Below, piece after piece: positions 8,901 through 16,545 of a DNA stretch of 40,038 nucleotides. Position 1 is the first letter of the stretch. Each line of letters opens with the position of its first letter. Origin of the DNA: a virus (lineage: Duplodnaviria; Caudoviricetes); IMG/VR virus record IMGVR_UViG_3300046002_006899, positions 1-40,038 of that record, one strand, 5' to 3'. The notes below the pieces were generated by a model, which ran no database searches, was not told the origin of the DNA, and was given only the letters and a program-made list of their open reading frames with translations. A program made the translations under genes and the position numbers.

Positions 8901-11900
8901 GCCGACCAGTGCGACGCTTAACGACGTTGCCCGACGAGTCACGCTTGAGCACTTCCTTGTCGCCCTTGATTGTGGACACCGGGACCATCTTCGTGATTTC
9001 TTGGATCAACGGGAACTCTCCCGCCTTCGTCATCATGCCGTCAGACTCCAACGCAGCACGCAGAGCCGGACCCATAGCATCGAGACCGTCATTCACCCGC
9101 TGAGCGTAGCCGACCGCTTCACGCATAGCCGCCTCCTTATTGATCGACCTCGCGCCGCGCTGCTTGGCAGACTGAGCGACCCACTCAGCGCCGACACGCT
9201 GCACACGAGCGAGGGCAATCTTCGACATCTCGCGCCGGAGGGCGGGGGACGCATCGAAGGGAGACATTGCCGAGGCCATACGGGCCGCGAAGTCGTGGCT
9301 CGTGAGCGAGAGAGTGATTCGATTGCTTGCGGGGTTAAACCGCTTCGACAATGGAACAACATCGCCACCCTCACGAGTGACAGGCTCCGCGCTCTTAACG
9401 TTCTCGGGAGAAAAAATAATCCAGTCCTCATCAAGGTGAACACTCTCGAAGTCTCTCACGATTTGATACTCGCCGAGCTTGTCGTATTCCGTCCATCCAG
9501 CGGCCCGACCAGTGCGCAGAAATACCGGCATAATTTTTTTGATGCCTTGCGCGCCTGCATCGCCCGACGCGATCCTTTCGCGATCCTCGGAGAACCAGAG
9601 AGCGCGACCGAATTGAGCCTTGAAGATTTTGAAGTTCTTGCTCGTGCCATGGTAAGCCTTCACGTCATAGCCCGCAGACTTTGCAGCAGCCTCGACCATG
9701 GCGCTTTGCTTGGCGACATCGCGAGACTTCACGGCCTCCATGTATTCGGCATCTTGCGCGGGAGTCACGAGAGAGAAGCTGATACGAGAGTCATTCGCCG
9801 AGAACTCGCCGGAGTTTGGGACAGCGCCAACAATAGGCAGACGATCAACCCGCGAAAGCATCGCGCCGGTGAGAGCAGACTTAGCTTGTGATGGATTGAA
9901 CCAAACGAAAACACGAGCCGGACGCGAAGACTTGCTCACCTTGTAGTCGTCAACGACGTTCTCAATAATCATGCCGTCCGCATCGCCGACTTTAGCCTTA
10001 GCTATGGCATCCTTCATTGCCTGATAAACGATATTGTCAGTCCACGAGCCGCCCTTCGCGTCGATGATTACAGGGTTCTGAATCGACAAATAAAGCGGGA
10101 TAATTCCCGGCTCCGCATTCTGATAATCTGACGAGCGCCGGTCGTCCGCATACGTTGCTGCCTTGCGCTCTGAATCCGTCGCGAAGAATACCGAGCCACG
10201 ACTGAACGCCTTGAACCCTTCCGAGAAGATACCACGAACGTCTGGCGCTCCATGAAAGACGACGAGAGGCTTGCCACCATCGACGACTTTCGACTCCTTG
10301 AACCACTCCTTAAAATTAGAACTCGTGAGCGAGAACGTCGCTCCACCAGCGAGCGCCATCTCGACACCAGCACCACCCACGCGGAACGGGCCAGCCGCCT
10401 CGACGCTCTTCATCGTCTCAGTGAGGCCGACGAGAATCTTGCCGCTGTCGTTCGCCTCATTGATTTGCTGCATGAACCGCTCAGCCGTGAGGCCGGGGGC
10501 GTGCTTCTTCATTGCATCATAGACCGCACGGATAGGCACCATGGCCGAACTCGTGCCACGCTGCGCCGCCTGATAGGCCAGGATGAGCGACGACTCTCCA
10601 CGCGCTTTCTGTGCAGCCTCAGCGAGGCCCGCAGGAATTGGAAACTTGCGACCGAGAGAGAAGGTTTCACCATTCGGTCCCGGCGTTTCCTCCGAATAGC
10701 CGGACGTGTCTACCATCTCAGCGGCCAGCATATCAGCGACGGACTGCTCGTGAACAGTCTGCCCGTTGCTCCCGGTGAGTTGATCGAAAAGAGAATCATA
10801 GTCAGCGCCAAGCTTGCCCTCAGAGCGTGCCGTAAACAGCTTGTCAGCAATGTCGAGTACTGCCTTAAAGAACTCGGAGAAGGCCCGCAGGATGGCAGCA
10901 AATGCGCCCATTTGCCTATCATTCAAATCGAGCGCGCCGCCGATTGAGCCGGGAGCGATACGCTTGCCATCTTGAAGACGACCGAGCACGTCAGCCACAA
11001 CGATGCGACTAATCGCTTCCGTGAGCGCACGAGGGGACGCTTCCGCTGATGCGAGCACCTCCTCATGTGTCGCGCCTTCGAGGAACTTCTCGCCCGTGGC
11101 TTGCTCCGCCATCTTTACCCAGGCGACGCCTTGCGCCTTCGTGAACTTGCCAGCATCGAGCCCGCCCTTCCATCGTCCTTCGACAGTCTCCTCGACCACC
11201 GTCAGGAATGGGTGAGCGTTCCCTTGAAGGTTGACCGTCGATTGAGACTTGTCGCCGCTCACTTGATTCGAGCCGAGCGCGACGAGATTCGTCACCGTCT
11301 GCCGAATCGATTCTGTGCGAGCGTCCACCGTCTCGCCGCCGAAGACGTGATGAGCGATAGATTTCGCCTCCTGAGCCGAAACTCCCTTGAGTAGACCCGC
11401 AGCGATAGCCGCGTCCATCGCCTCGACTGGTGTCGTCTTTCCGGCCTGCACACGTTCGCCGAGGGTCTCGCCCTTCTGAACTGCATCGACTGACTCGCCA
11501 TCGCGAAGCATCAGCTTGTCAGCCATGGCCGCGACCATTTCCGACTGGTGACGCTCGACTTCCGTCATGTGCTGCGTTGCCACGTCGCGAGCTTGATCCC
11601 ACGTTGAGAAGCGCGCAGTCTGCCCGCCGCTCGTTACCGTGTAGCCCGTGCCATCGCGCCGGATGTCAGGGAGCAGGCCGCGCCGGACGTACTCAGCCGT
11701 GACGCTGGCAGTCTGAGCGTCTGCCGCCTGCATGCGATCTTGATACTCTGCCGCGACAGTTGCGTCGCGACGACCCCAGGCATCCCGCAGGAGGCTTTGC
11801 GCAGCCTCAACGTTGCCCGACTGAGCGGCCTCGGAGATGGCGACGCGATCCGGTTCCACGATGCCCTGAGCGCCGAGCTTGTCGGACCATGAGAGCAGGG

Positions 11901-13617
11901 ACTTAGCGCCGCGATACTCTTGCACGCTGGCCGCGCCGATGCCGAGCAGTGTTAAGGGAAGCATGCCTATTGCCACGTTCACCCGCCCCCCCTTAAACTT
12001 CTCAAATTCCTTGCCCCAGTCATAGCCGGGAACGTCCGACGTGAGCGCAGCCATGAGGGCCGGGGTCGCGATGTCCTGCCCAGCCTCGACAACGTTCTCG
12101 ACGATGTACGCACCCGCTGCACGACCGAGCGCCCGCTTGACGAGCTCACCCTTCCAATTGCCAGCGATGAGAGACTTGAGGCCGGGGAGGTTTTTGAGCG
12201 CCGAGAACTCAACGAAGTCGCCCGCCGCCTGAATCGCGCCAGACATGCCGGAGACCATCGACTTGTCGGCGTGGCTCATTTGTGGATACTTCACGCTCAA
12301 CTCTTCATATTCCGCGCCCTTGTAAAGGCCAGCGAGCACGGGGGCCGCAGTGCCACGAGTCGCTGCAATCACACCAACGAGCGCCGCGCTCGTGCCGATT
12401 GTCGAAGCGAAAAGATTCGGGATAGGATCAACGGCGGAACCGATGGAGTCTAGTTCTTGCCCAGTGCGAACGGCGCGAGAAGCGCGATCCTTGGCCGCAT
12501 TGATGAGCATCGTCTGCTCTGGTGTAAGGGTGATGTCCTCGCCCTCTTGACGAACGGGGGCGGGGTTGGGGGATTGATCGTTGAACCGCTGGCCGCTGGC
12601 GTAGCTCAACGCATCGCTCACATAGCGGTCGGCATCAGCCGCCGAGGTGAGAGGACCATTCACACGCACCGAGCCGGACACAGGCAGAGCATCGAGAGTC
12701 TGTACAATATCGGCATTGCTTGAGCCGGAGAGCCCAGAGTTGAGCAGCCGCCCGCCCGCCTCGCCGACTTGCTGCCAGAAGGTGCCATTGTCAGAGACGT
12801 ACTCGCCACCCTTTTCCGCTGAGTTGACCTTGCCCCTCTTCTCCGCCTCTGTTCTCAGCGCAGCGAGCACGATTCTACGCTCTCCGCCAGGGAGATCGAC
12901 CAAAGAGGCACGAGCCGCGCTCAACGTCTCAGAATCGCCCTCTTGAGGCTTGCCGAGCATGTCGCGCTCCATCGGGTCAATGATCGAAGTCAGCAGCCCG
13001 CGATGCTTCGAGAGCACGTCGCCCGTTCTCTTGTAGGCTCCGAAGAGAGCCTTGTGCTTCACCTCTTCATCGGGCGAGGCCATGGCATCAGCCGCAAGCC
13101 CAGGCATCGCGTCAAACGTTCCCATATCAGAGAGTGCCGCCCGCATGCCTTCGTGAGCGCTAGCGAGGGCCGTCTCCTCTTTCGCGGCCTGCTCGTTCAC
13201 CTCTTTCGCCGCGAGGCCGTAGAATGCCTTGTCGTCGATCCCACCGGGGACGTTGAACTTCTGCCGAGCATACTCGCCCCGGTAGTAGTCGGGACGGTCG
13301 GCGATGGTCTGAGCCGGGAGGTTGAACCGCTGAGCGAGGAAAGGAATGTTTGCATGAATCGCCTTATCGCGGTCGGGGTCATCAGAATACGGAGAAACGG
13401 AGGCCGTCGATTTATCGAGTCCTTGGAACTGCGAGCGGAACGCCTTCGTTGCTTCTTGGCTTGCGGCCTCCTCAGCAGGATAGAGAGGAGCACCGAACTC
13501 GGCTTGCTGGTTTGCGTAACGTTGCAGCCATTGACGAGCGACAGGCTTCTCGTGATCTCCGAGGAGGTCGAAGGTGTCGCGAACTTGAACGGCGTCGTTT
13601 TCTGTGAGGAGGGGCAT
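5935..13617 (-). CDS. Giant internal virion (ejection) polyvalent protein with two ADP-ribosyltransferase-like domains
   Basis: 2560 aa at the T7 gp16 position; FKEWF..SKVV..PLVVFHG..FF..PLYL.I.NP..F.P.Q.KS and AYHGT..WFS..PVFL..FSPENVKSA..PLSKRF match the ART-PolyVal pattern. Confidence 0.8.
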   Translation of the reverse strand: MPLLTENDAVQVRDTFDLLGDHEKPVARQWLQRYANQQAEFGAPLYPAEEAASQEATKAFRSQFQGLDKSTASVSPYSDDPDRDKAIHANIPFLAQRFNLPAQTIADRPDYYRGEYARQKFNVPGGIDDKAFYGLAAKEVNEQAAKEETALASAHEGMRAALSDMGTFDAMPGLAADAMASPDEEVKHKALFGAYKRTGDVLSKHRGLLTSIIDPMERDMLGKPQEGDSETLSAARASLVDLPGGERRIVLAALRTEAEKRGKVNSAEKGGEYVSDNGTFWQQVGEAGGRLLNSGLSGSSNADIVQTLDALPVSGSVRVNGPLTSAADADRYVSDALSYASGQRFNDQSPNPAPVRQEGEDITLTPEQTMLINAAKDRASRAVRTGQELDSIGSAVDPIPNLFASTIGTSAALVGVIAATRGTAAPVLAGLYKGAEYEELSVKYPQMSHADKSMVSGMSGAIQAAGDFVEFSALKNLPGLKSLIAGNWKGELVKRALGRAAGAYIVENVVEAGQDIATPALMAALTSDVPGYDWGKEFEKFKGGRVNVAIGMLPLTLLGIGAASVQEYRGAKSLLSWSDKLGAQGIVEPDRVAISEAAQSGNVEAAQSLLRDAWGRRDATVAAEYQDRMQAADAQTASVTAEYVRRGLLPDIRRDGTGYTVTSGGQTARFSTWDQARDVATQHMTEVERHQSEMVAAMADKLMLRDGESVDAVQKGETLGERVQAGKTTPVEAMDAAIAAGLLKGVSAQEAKSIAHHVFGGETVDARTESIRQTVTNLVALGSNQVSGDKSQSTVNLQGNAHPFLTVVEETVEGRWKGGLDAGKFTKAQGVAWVKMAEQATGEKFLEGATHEEVLASAEASPRALTEAISRIVVADVLGRLQDGKRIAPGSIGGALDLNDRQMGAFAAILRAFSEFFKAVLDIADKLFTARSEGKLGADYDSLFDQLTGSNGQTVHEQSVADMLAAEMVDTSGYSEETPGPNGETFSLGRKFPIPAGLAEAAQKARGESSLILAYQAAQRGTSSAMVPIRAVYDAMKKHAPGLTAERFMQQINEANDSGKILVGLTETMKSVEAAGPFRVGGAGVEMALAGGATFSLTSSNFKEWFKESKVVDGGKPLVVFHGAPDVRGIFSEGFKAFSRGSVFFATDSERKAATYADDRRSSDYQNAEPGIIPLYLSIQNPVIIDAKGGSWTDNIVYQAMKDAIAKAKVGDADGMIIENVVDDYKVSKSSRPARVFVWFNPSQAKSALTGAMLSRVDRLPIVGAVPNSGEFSANDSRISFSLVTPAQDAEYMEAVKSRDVAKQSAMVEAAAKSAGYDVKAYHGTSKNFKIFKAQFGRALWFSEDRERIASGDAGAQGIKKIMPVFLRTGRAAGWTEYDKLGEYQIVRDFESVHLDEDWIIFSPENVKSAEPVTREGGDVVPLSKRFNPASNRITLSLTSHDFAARMASAMSPFDASPALRREMSKIALARVQRVGAEWVAQSAKQRGARSINKEAAMREAVGYAQRVNDGLDAMGPALRAALESDGMMTKAGEFPLIQEITKMVPVSTIKGDKEVLKRDSSGNVVKRRTGRLMSFTEAKRQGKTLDQYNGMPVLPSWMYGGGATPDQLLNSILEGDNPGLVAGDKTDDLWDAIASTFASIEKGNAEYKQALAQAADIRARAKADAKLEATAWANKERATSGSDATQRKMLQGGLRTLDALLSAVPAEVRVKVGGYVKLAGLATDEAMLKEIEARIQKLDEELAKWLRKEGLDEVTALFKKAAADYTAGKKAKGKLGADEHFLFQRAEAVSRMTEVQVAGELAKLDVILASDTLTPQEAVTAEMERGIVELCGNLFPRSMDSGKINVKGNPVRVRGYDGADVGRIYSAIDALTDLMRYGTLAQKQRLIARRERWQAMQRALIASTGTAGTQRGRDAAEKVAATFTGKLRSAMLSLSSFHELLTYSFGESDLVNALIDMERGASNQYEDENQEFADGLEALFVRLAGGGKKLESDELAGERLRFSMSQKNIDTGTSTISQLQAIDAFLTWRQEDGRRHMEGTFDESGKVTSAWHYDQAWIDRVTAAMSPEAFEVMAWVSDNYASEWSQLNPLYRERNGVNMAHNSLYSPISVKPVTAKQGEMIDPSTGHSTTGSILTPGSLRTRSVSAVAEPDFRDAVTKIIAHKKMMAHWKAYYDLAQEMTGILGNREVMNAVEAKASREAVLMVGKWRDAIATNGVKDASAGVALTEGMRAVTNRAATVGLLGRISVLAVQSTQLAAASVKMPVLDFTTRLYKLNRGQLGWGDAINSPFMQRRIKNAPPIVRQAMQSLATAKSPNQISRSVRWLGQLVSAADGLFTGGTYAILLDFHREQGRKALLTGVELETYAHGEAERETEQVAQPVRMATRSFFEVASTNPLAKVGWAYASEARQKLALAAWGIVNAKKDPVYAAKVVFLATVVGGLLPAVLKNLLKEAGGDDRKEKWSVAHLMSQTLASPFHGIPLVDELSGNGGMLSGLVHSPAAIERLLNGEDDAVKLIKDVDTILSASALLPIPGADNLAGIAAMSHVFTDAAKMIGNAFD

Positions 13618-13623
13618 GGTGTG

Positions 13624-15375
13624 TTATTTGGAAAGGAGGATGGCACGAGTCTTGTCGAGGCTTGCGCCCAGGTCGATGTGAGGGGCGGAGTCGGGAAAGA
13701 GAGAAGGGAGCGCGGCCCGCTGGCCCACGGTGCTCTTGTCATATTGAGCGCGCAGTTCTTGAGGCGTGGCTTTCGGGTTTGCTTTCTTCCACGCTTCGAG
13801 ATTCGAGAGCGCGTCGCCGTATCGACGTTGTGCCGCCGTCGCCTTGTTGGAGTCCTCGACGAAATGATTGCGGAAGTTTTCGCCATCCGCAGGCTTGGGG
13901 TTGTTGCGCTGATACCACACATCACGAGCGCGCCCTTCGAGGAAATCGTTGTACGCTGGCTCAGCCGCGAGACGCGCCTTCTCGGCATCCGTCAGAAGCT
14001 CCGCCTTGATTGCGTCCACCTCCATGCGGGCCTTGGGAGGTAACGCCGTTTTGAGATCCCCGAGAGCGCCGTGAAGCTCACCGAATCGGCCTGCCGATAG
14101 GTCATCTTTTGCGAGCGAAAAAACTTCATTCATCGAGCGCGTAAGCTCGTCTGGATTTTTGTTCTTCACCGTCTCGCCAAGCTTGCCGAGCACCTTGCTT
14201 TGAAGGTCGCCATCGAGTGCGATACTTGCCCGCTGAGATAGAACTGCATACTCGGGAGAGCTTTCGTCTCCCTTGAAATTCGCGGCATCAGCGAAGAGCG
14301 TCGCGTAAGCAACGGGGTCGTTCTTTGGGCCGGTGTCTTGGAAGGTCGCGAGTTGCTTGCGGTCGAAGTCAGAATAAAACGGATTATTAATCAGCGCCTC
14401 AGCAGTGAGACGACCGCCGCCGTTGATGGTCTCAGCGTCCGCCTTGAGTGAGTCGGCGCGCTTCTGCTGAATGCTGCTCTCGATTTGTTTAACGAGGCGA
14501 ACTTGATCCGGCCCGCGCACGTTATGCGTGCCCATCAGTTCAGCCGCACGAAATGGGTCGCTCTCCGCCATTACGGCGAGATCCTCAATCGAGGCCTGAT
14601 ACTCCATCCCACCCATGCGGCTCTCACGAGTCTGCTTGTCGAAATGAGGATTCGCATCATAGAGAGCTTTCACCTTTGGCACCGCAGCCGCGCCCTCTTG
14701 CTCGATGAGAGTCTTAGCCTGAACGTCTGTGTCGGTCATTTGAGCAGCGACACTTTGAAGGCGCGCATCTTCCATTGCGGCAGGCCCAAGGTAGGGTTTC
14801 ATATTCTCCTCGATACCACTCGCCGCGCCGTAGTCCTTCGATGCGATGGCCTGAGAATGCGCGACCTTGAGAGTCTGAGCGGTAAGCTCAAACTGGCGAC
14901 CGATGGCCGAAAGTTTCGTCTGCCCAGCCAGGCGAATCCCCCACTCAGCGGCGTGGAGTTCAATTTGCTGGCGAGCAGCCGGAGAGTCTGAGGGCGTGAT
15001 GAGATTCTTCGTCGCCTCACTCGCTCGCTTTGACGCGATGCCTTCCCACTTTGTAGGGTCGGGTTCTTGCGCGATCTCTGCCGCGATGTCTTGGCTTGCC
15101 TGCGCAGTGCTCAAGCCTGCCTCTGTGACGCGCCGGACGTTGACCGCGTGAGACATCGCCCCTTGGACCTGCAAGAGACTGCTACTCGCATCCTGCAAGC
15201 CGCCGCCAATGGCTCCCATACCTTGAGCCTGAGAGATGAATCCACGAGCGTCAATCTGCGGAGCCGCCGCATAGTGCAGAGGCGCAGCCTGAAACCCGCG
15301 ACCGACAGGAGCAGAGAGGACGGGAGCGATAGCGCCGCCCGTCTTGAGTGTTGGCTGAGAGAGAATTGTGTTCAT
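13624..15375 (-). CDS. Internal virion protein (gp15 position)
   Basis: 583-aa helical Ala/Gln-rich protein; synteny. Confidence 0.7.
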   Translation of the reverse strand: MNTILSQPTLKTGGAIAPVLSAPVGRGFQAAPLHYAAAPQIDARGFISQAQGMGAIGGGLQDASSSLLQVQGAMSHAVNVRRVTEAGLSTAQASQDIAAEIAQEPDPTKWEGIASKRASEATKNLITPSDSPAARQQIELHAAEWGIRLAGQTKLSAIGRQFELTAQTLKVAHSQAIASKDYGAASGIEENMKPYLGPAAMEDARLQSVAAQMTDTDVQAKTLIEQEGAAAVPKVKALYDANPHFDKQTRESRMGGMEYQASIEDLAVMAESDPFRAAELMGTHNVRGPDQVRLVKQIESSIQQKRADSLKADAETINGGGRLTAEALINNPFYSDFDRKQLATFQDTGPKNDPVAYATLFADAANFKGDESSPEYAVLSQRASIALDGDLQSKVLGKLGETVKNKNPDELTRSMNEVFSLAKDDLSAGRFGELHGALGDLKTALPPKARMEVDAIKAELLTDAEKARLAAEPAYNDFLEGRARDVWYQRNNPKPADGENFRNHFVEDSNKATAAQRRYGDALSNLEAWKKANPKATPQELRAQYDKSTVGQRAALPSLFPDSAPHIDLGASLDKTRAILLSK

Positions 15376-16094
15376 CAGATTTTAGCCGTGCGCGGGGTTT
15401 GCCATCCTACGGTGTACGCCGACTTCGCAATGCTCCCGCCGCTGGCGATGAGATTCGCCGTCCCTTGTCGAGCCATGCCGGAGGCCGCTGCGTTCGACGA
15501 GTACAGATCAAGCTGAGCCTGCCCGAGTTGATTTGTCGCAGAGAGCCGCGCCGCGCCGCCTCGGGCCTGAGCGCCGAAGACATCCATCAGAGCCGCCGTC
15601 CCTTGATTGCGCTGGTTGTCAGCCTCACGAAACAGGCCGCGCCGCTGGCCTTCCGTCTGGTAAAGCTGCTCGTCAACGGCTTGCTGCTCACCGACCGCGC
15701 TCGCAGCCAGGAGAGACATAGGAGAGCCGGAGGTGTCAACGACGCCAGACTTGCCGATTTGAGCACGCTGAGCAGCGATCATGCGAGCGTAGTCCTCACG
15801 AGTGCGTCGCCTGTTCTCACTGCCCGCCTGAGTGTTGACGCTGGCCTGTTGTTCGAGGGTGAGCGCGTTGCGATCCATCGACGCCTTTTCGTTGCTCGCA
15901 ATCTGCGCAGCGATACGAGCTTGCATCGACTGAGCTTCGCCTGCTTGTCGAGCCGCCGCAGACTGTGCATTGAAGTTTGCGAGTGCTGACTCCTTCTGAG
16001 ACTTGGCCGCATCCTGAGAGGATGAGTAAGCCAGACCAGCACCAGCAGCGGCAACAACGACCCCGATAATTCCGACAATAACCTCGATGCCCAT
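15375..16094 (-). CDS. Internal virion protein (gp14-like)
   Basis: Hydrophobic Gly/Ala N terminus, Q/A coiled coil, SGV...GSP motif; synteny. Confidence 0.75.
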   Translation of the reverse strand: MGIEVIVGIIGVVVAAAGAGLAYSSSQDAAKSQKESALANFNAQSAAARQAGEAQSMQARIAAQIASNEKASMDRNALTLEQQASVNTQAGSENRRRTREDYARMIAAQRAQIGKSGVVDTSGSPMSLLAASAVGEQQAVDEQLYQTEGQRRGLFREADNQRNQGTAALMDVFGAQARGGAARLSATNQLGQAQLDLYSSNAAASGMARQGTANLIASGGSIAKSAYTVGWQTPRTAKI

Positions 16095-16098
16095 AATT

Positions 16099-16545
16099 TT
16101 AATCCTTTCGCATGATGAAGCCGCTCAGCGGCACGGTGGAACTCGAAGAAAATCCGAGGCTTGGCAGAATGCGCGCAATGCTTGGGATGGTTGAGCAGCG
16201 AAAGAGACAGTAATCGCCACCCTGCTCCTTTGCCCGAGCCTTGACGATGGCGATACAGGCCTCGACCGCATACCCGAAGACGCTCATCAGCATTTTAATC
16301 GGCATGCCAGGGCGCGAGATTGGAAACTCCAAGAACGCCACACCGATACCGAACGACTCATAACACCACAGCGCCGCGCACTCCTCGCCGTCCTGCTCGA
16401 CAATCACGCCGACAGGGGGAAGCACGGTCTCGGTGAATAGCTCATCCTTGTGCTTCCCCCACCAGCCAGAGACAAGCTGATAGTCTCCCATTTTCGAGCC
16501 ATAGAGGCGCGCAGAGAGCGCGGGAGGGGCGTCGTTAGGTTCCAT
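16099..16545 (-). CDS. GNAT-fold protein (gp13 position)
   Basis: LPPVGVIVE..AALW and C-terminal LGF; lies after tail tube B. Confidence 0.55.
   Translation of the reverse strand: MEPNDAPPALSARLYGSKMGDYQLVSGWWGKHKDELFTETVLPPVGVIVEQDGEECAALWCYESFGIGVAFLEFPISRPGMPIKMLMSVFGYAVEACIAIVKARAKEQGGDYCLFRCSTIPSIARILPSLGFSSSSTVPLSGFIMRKD

Noticed and set aside
8542-9891. Long + strand ORFs (for example 8542-9891, 12943-14043, 17375-18247)
   Set aside because: Antisense shadows of well-supported minus-strand genes in GC-rich DNA; Arg/Leu/His-rich with no recognisable motifs.
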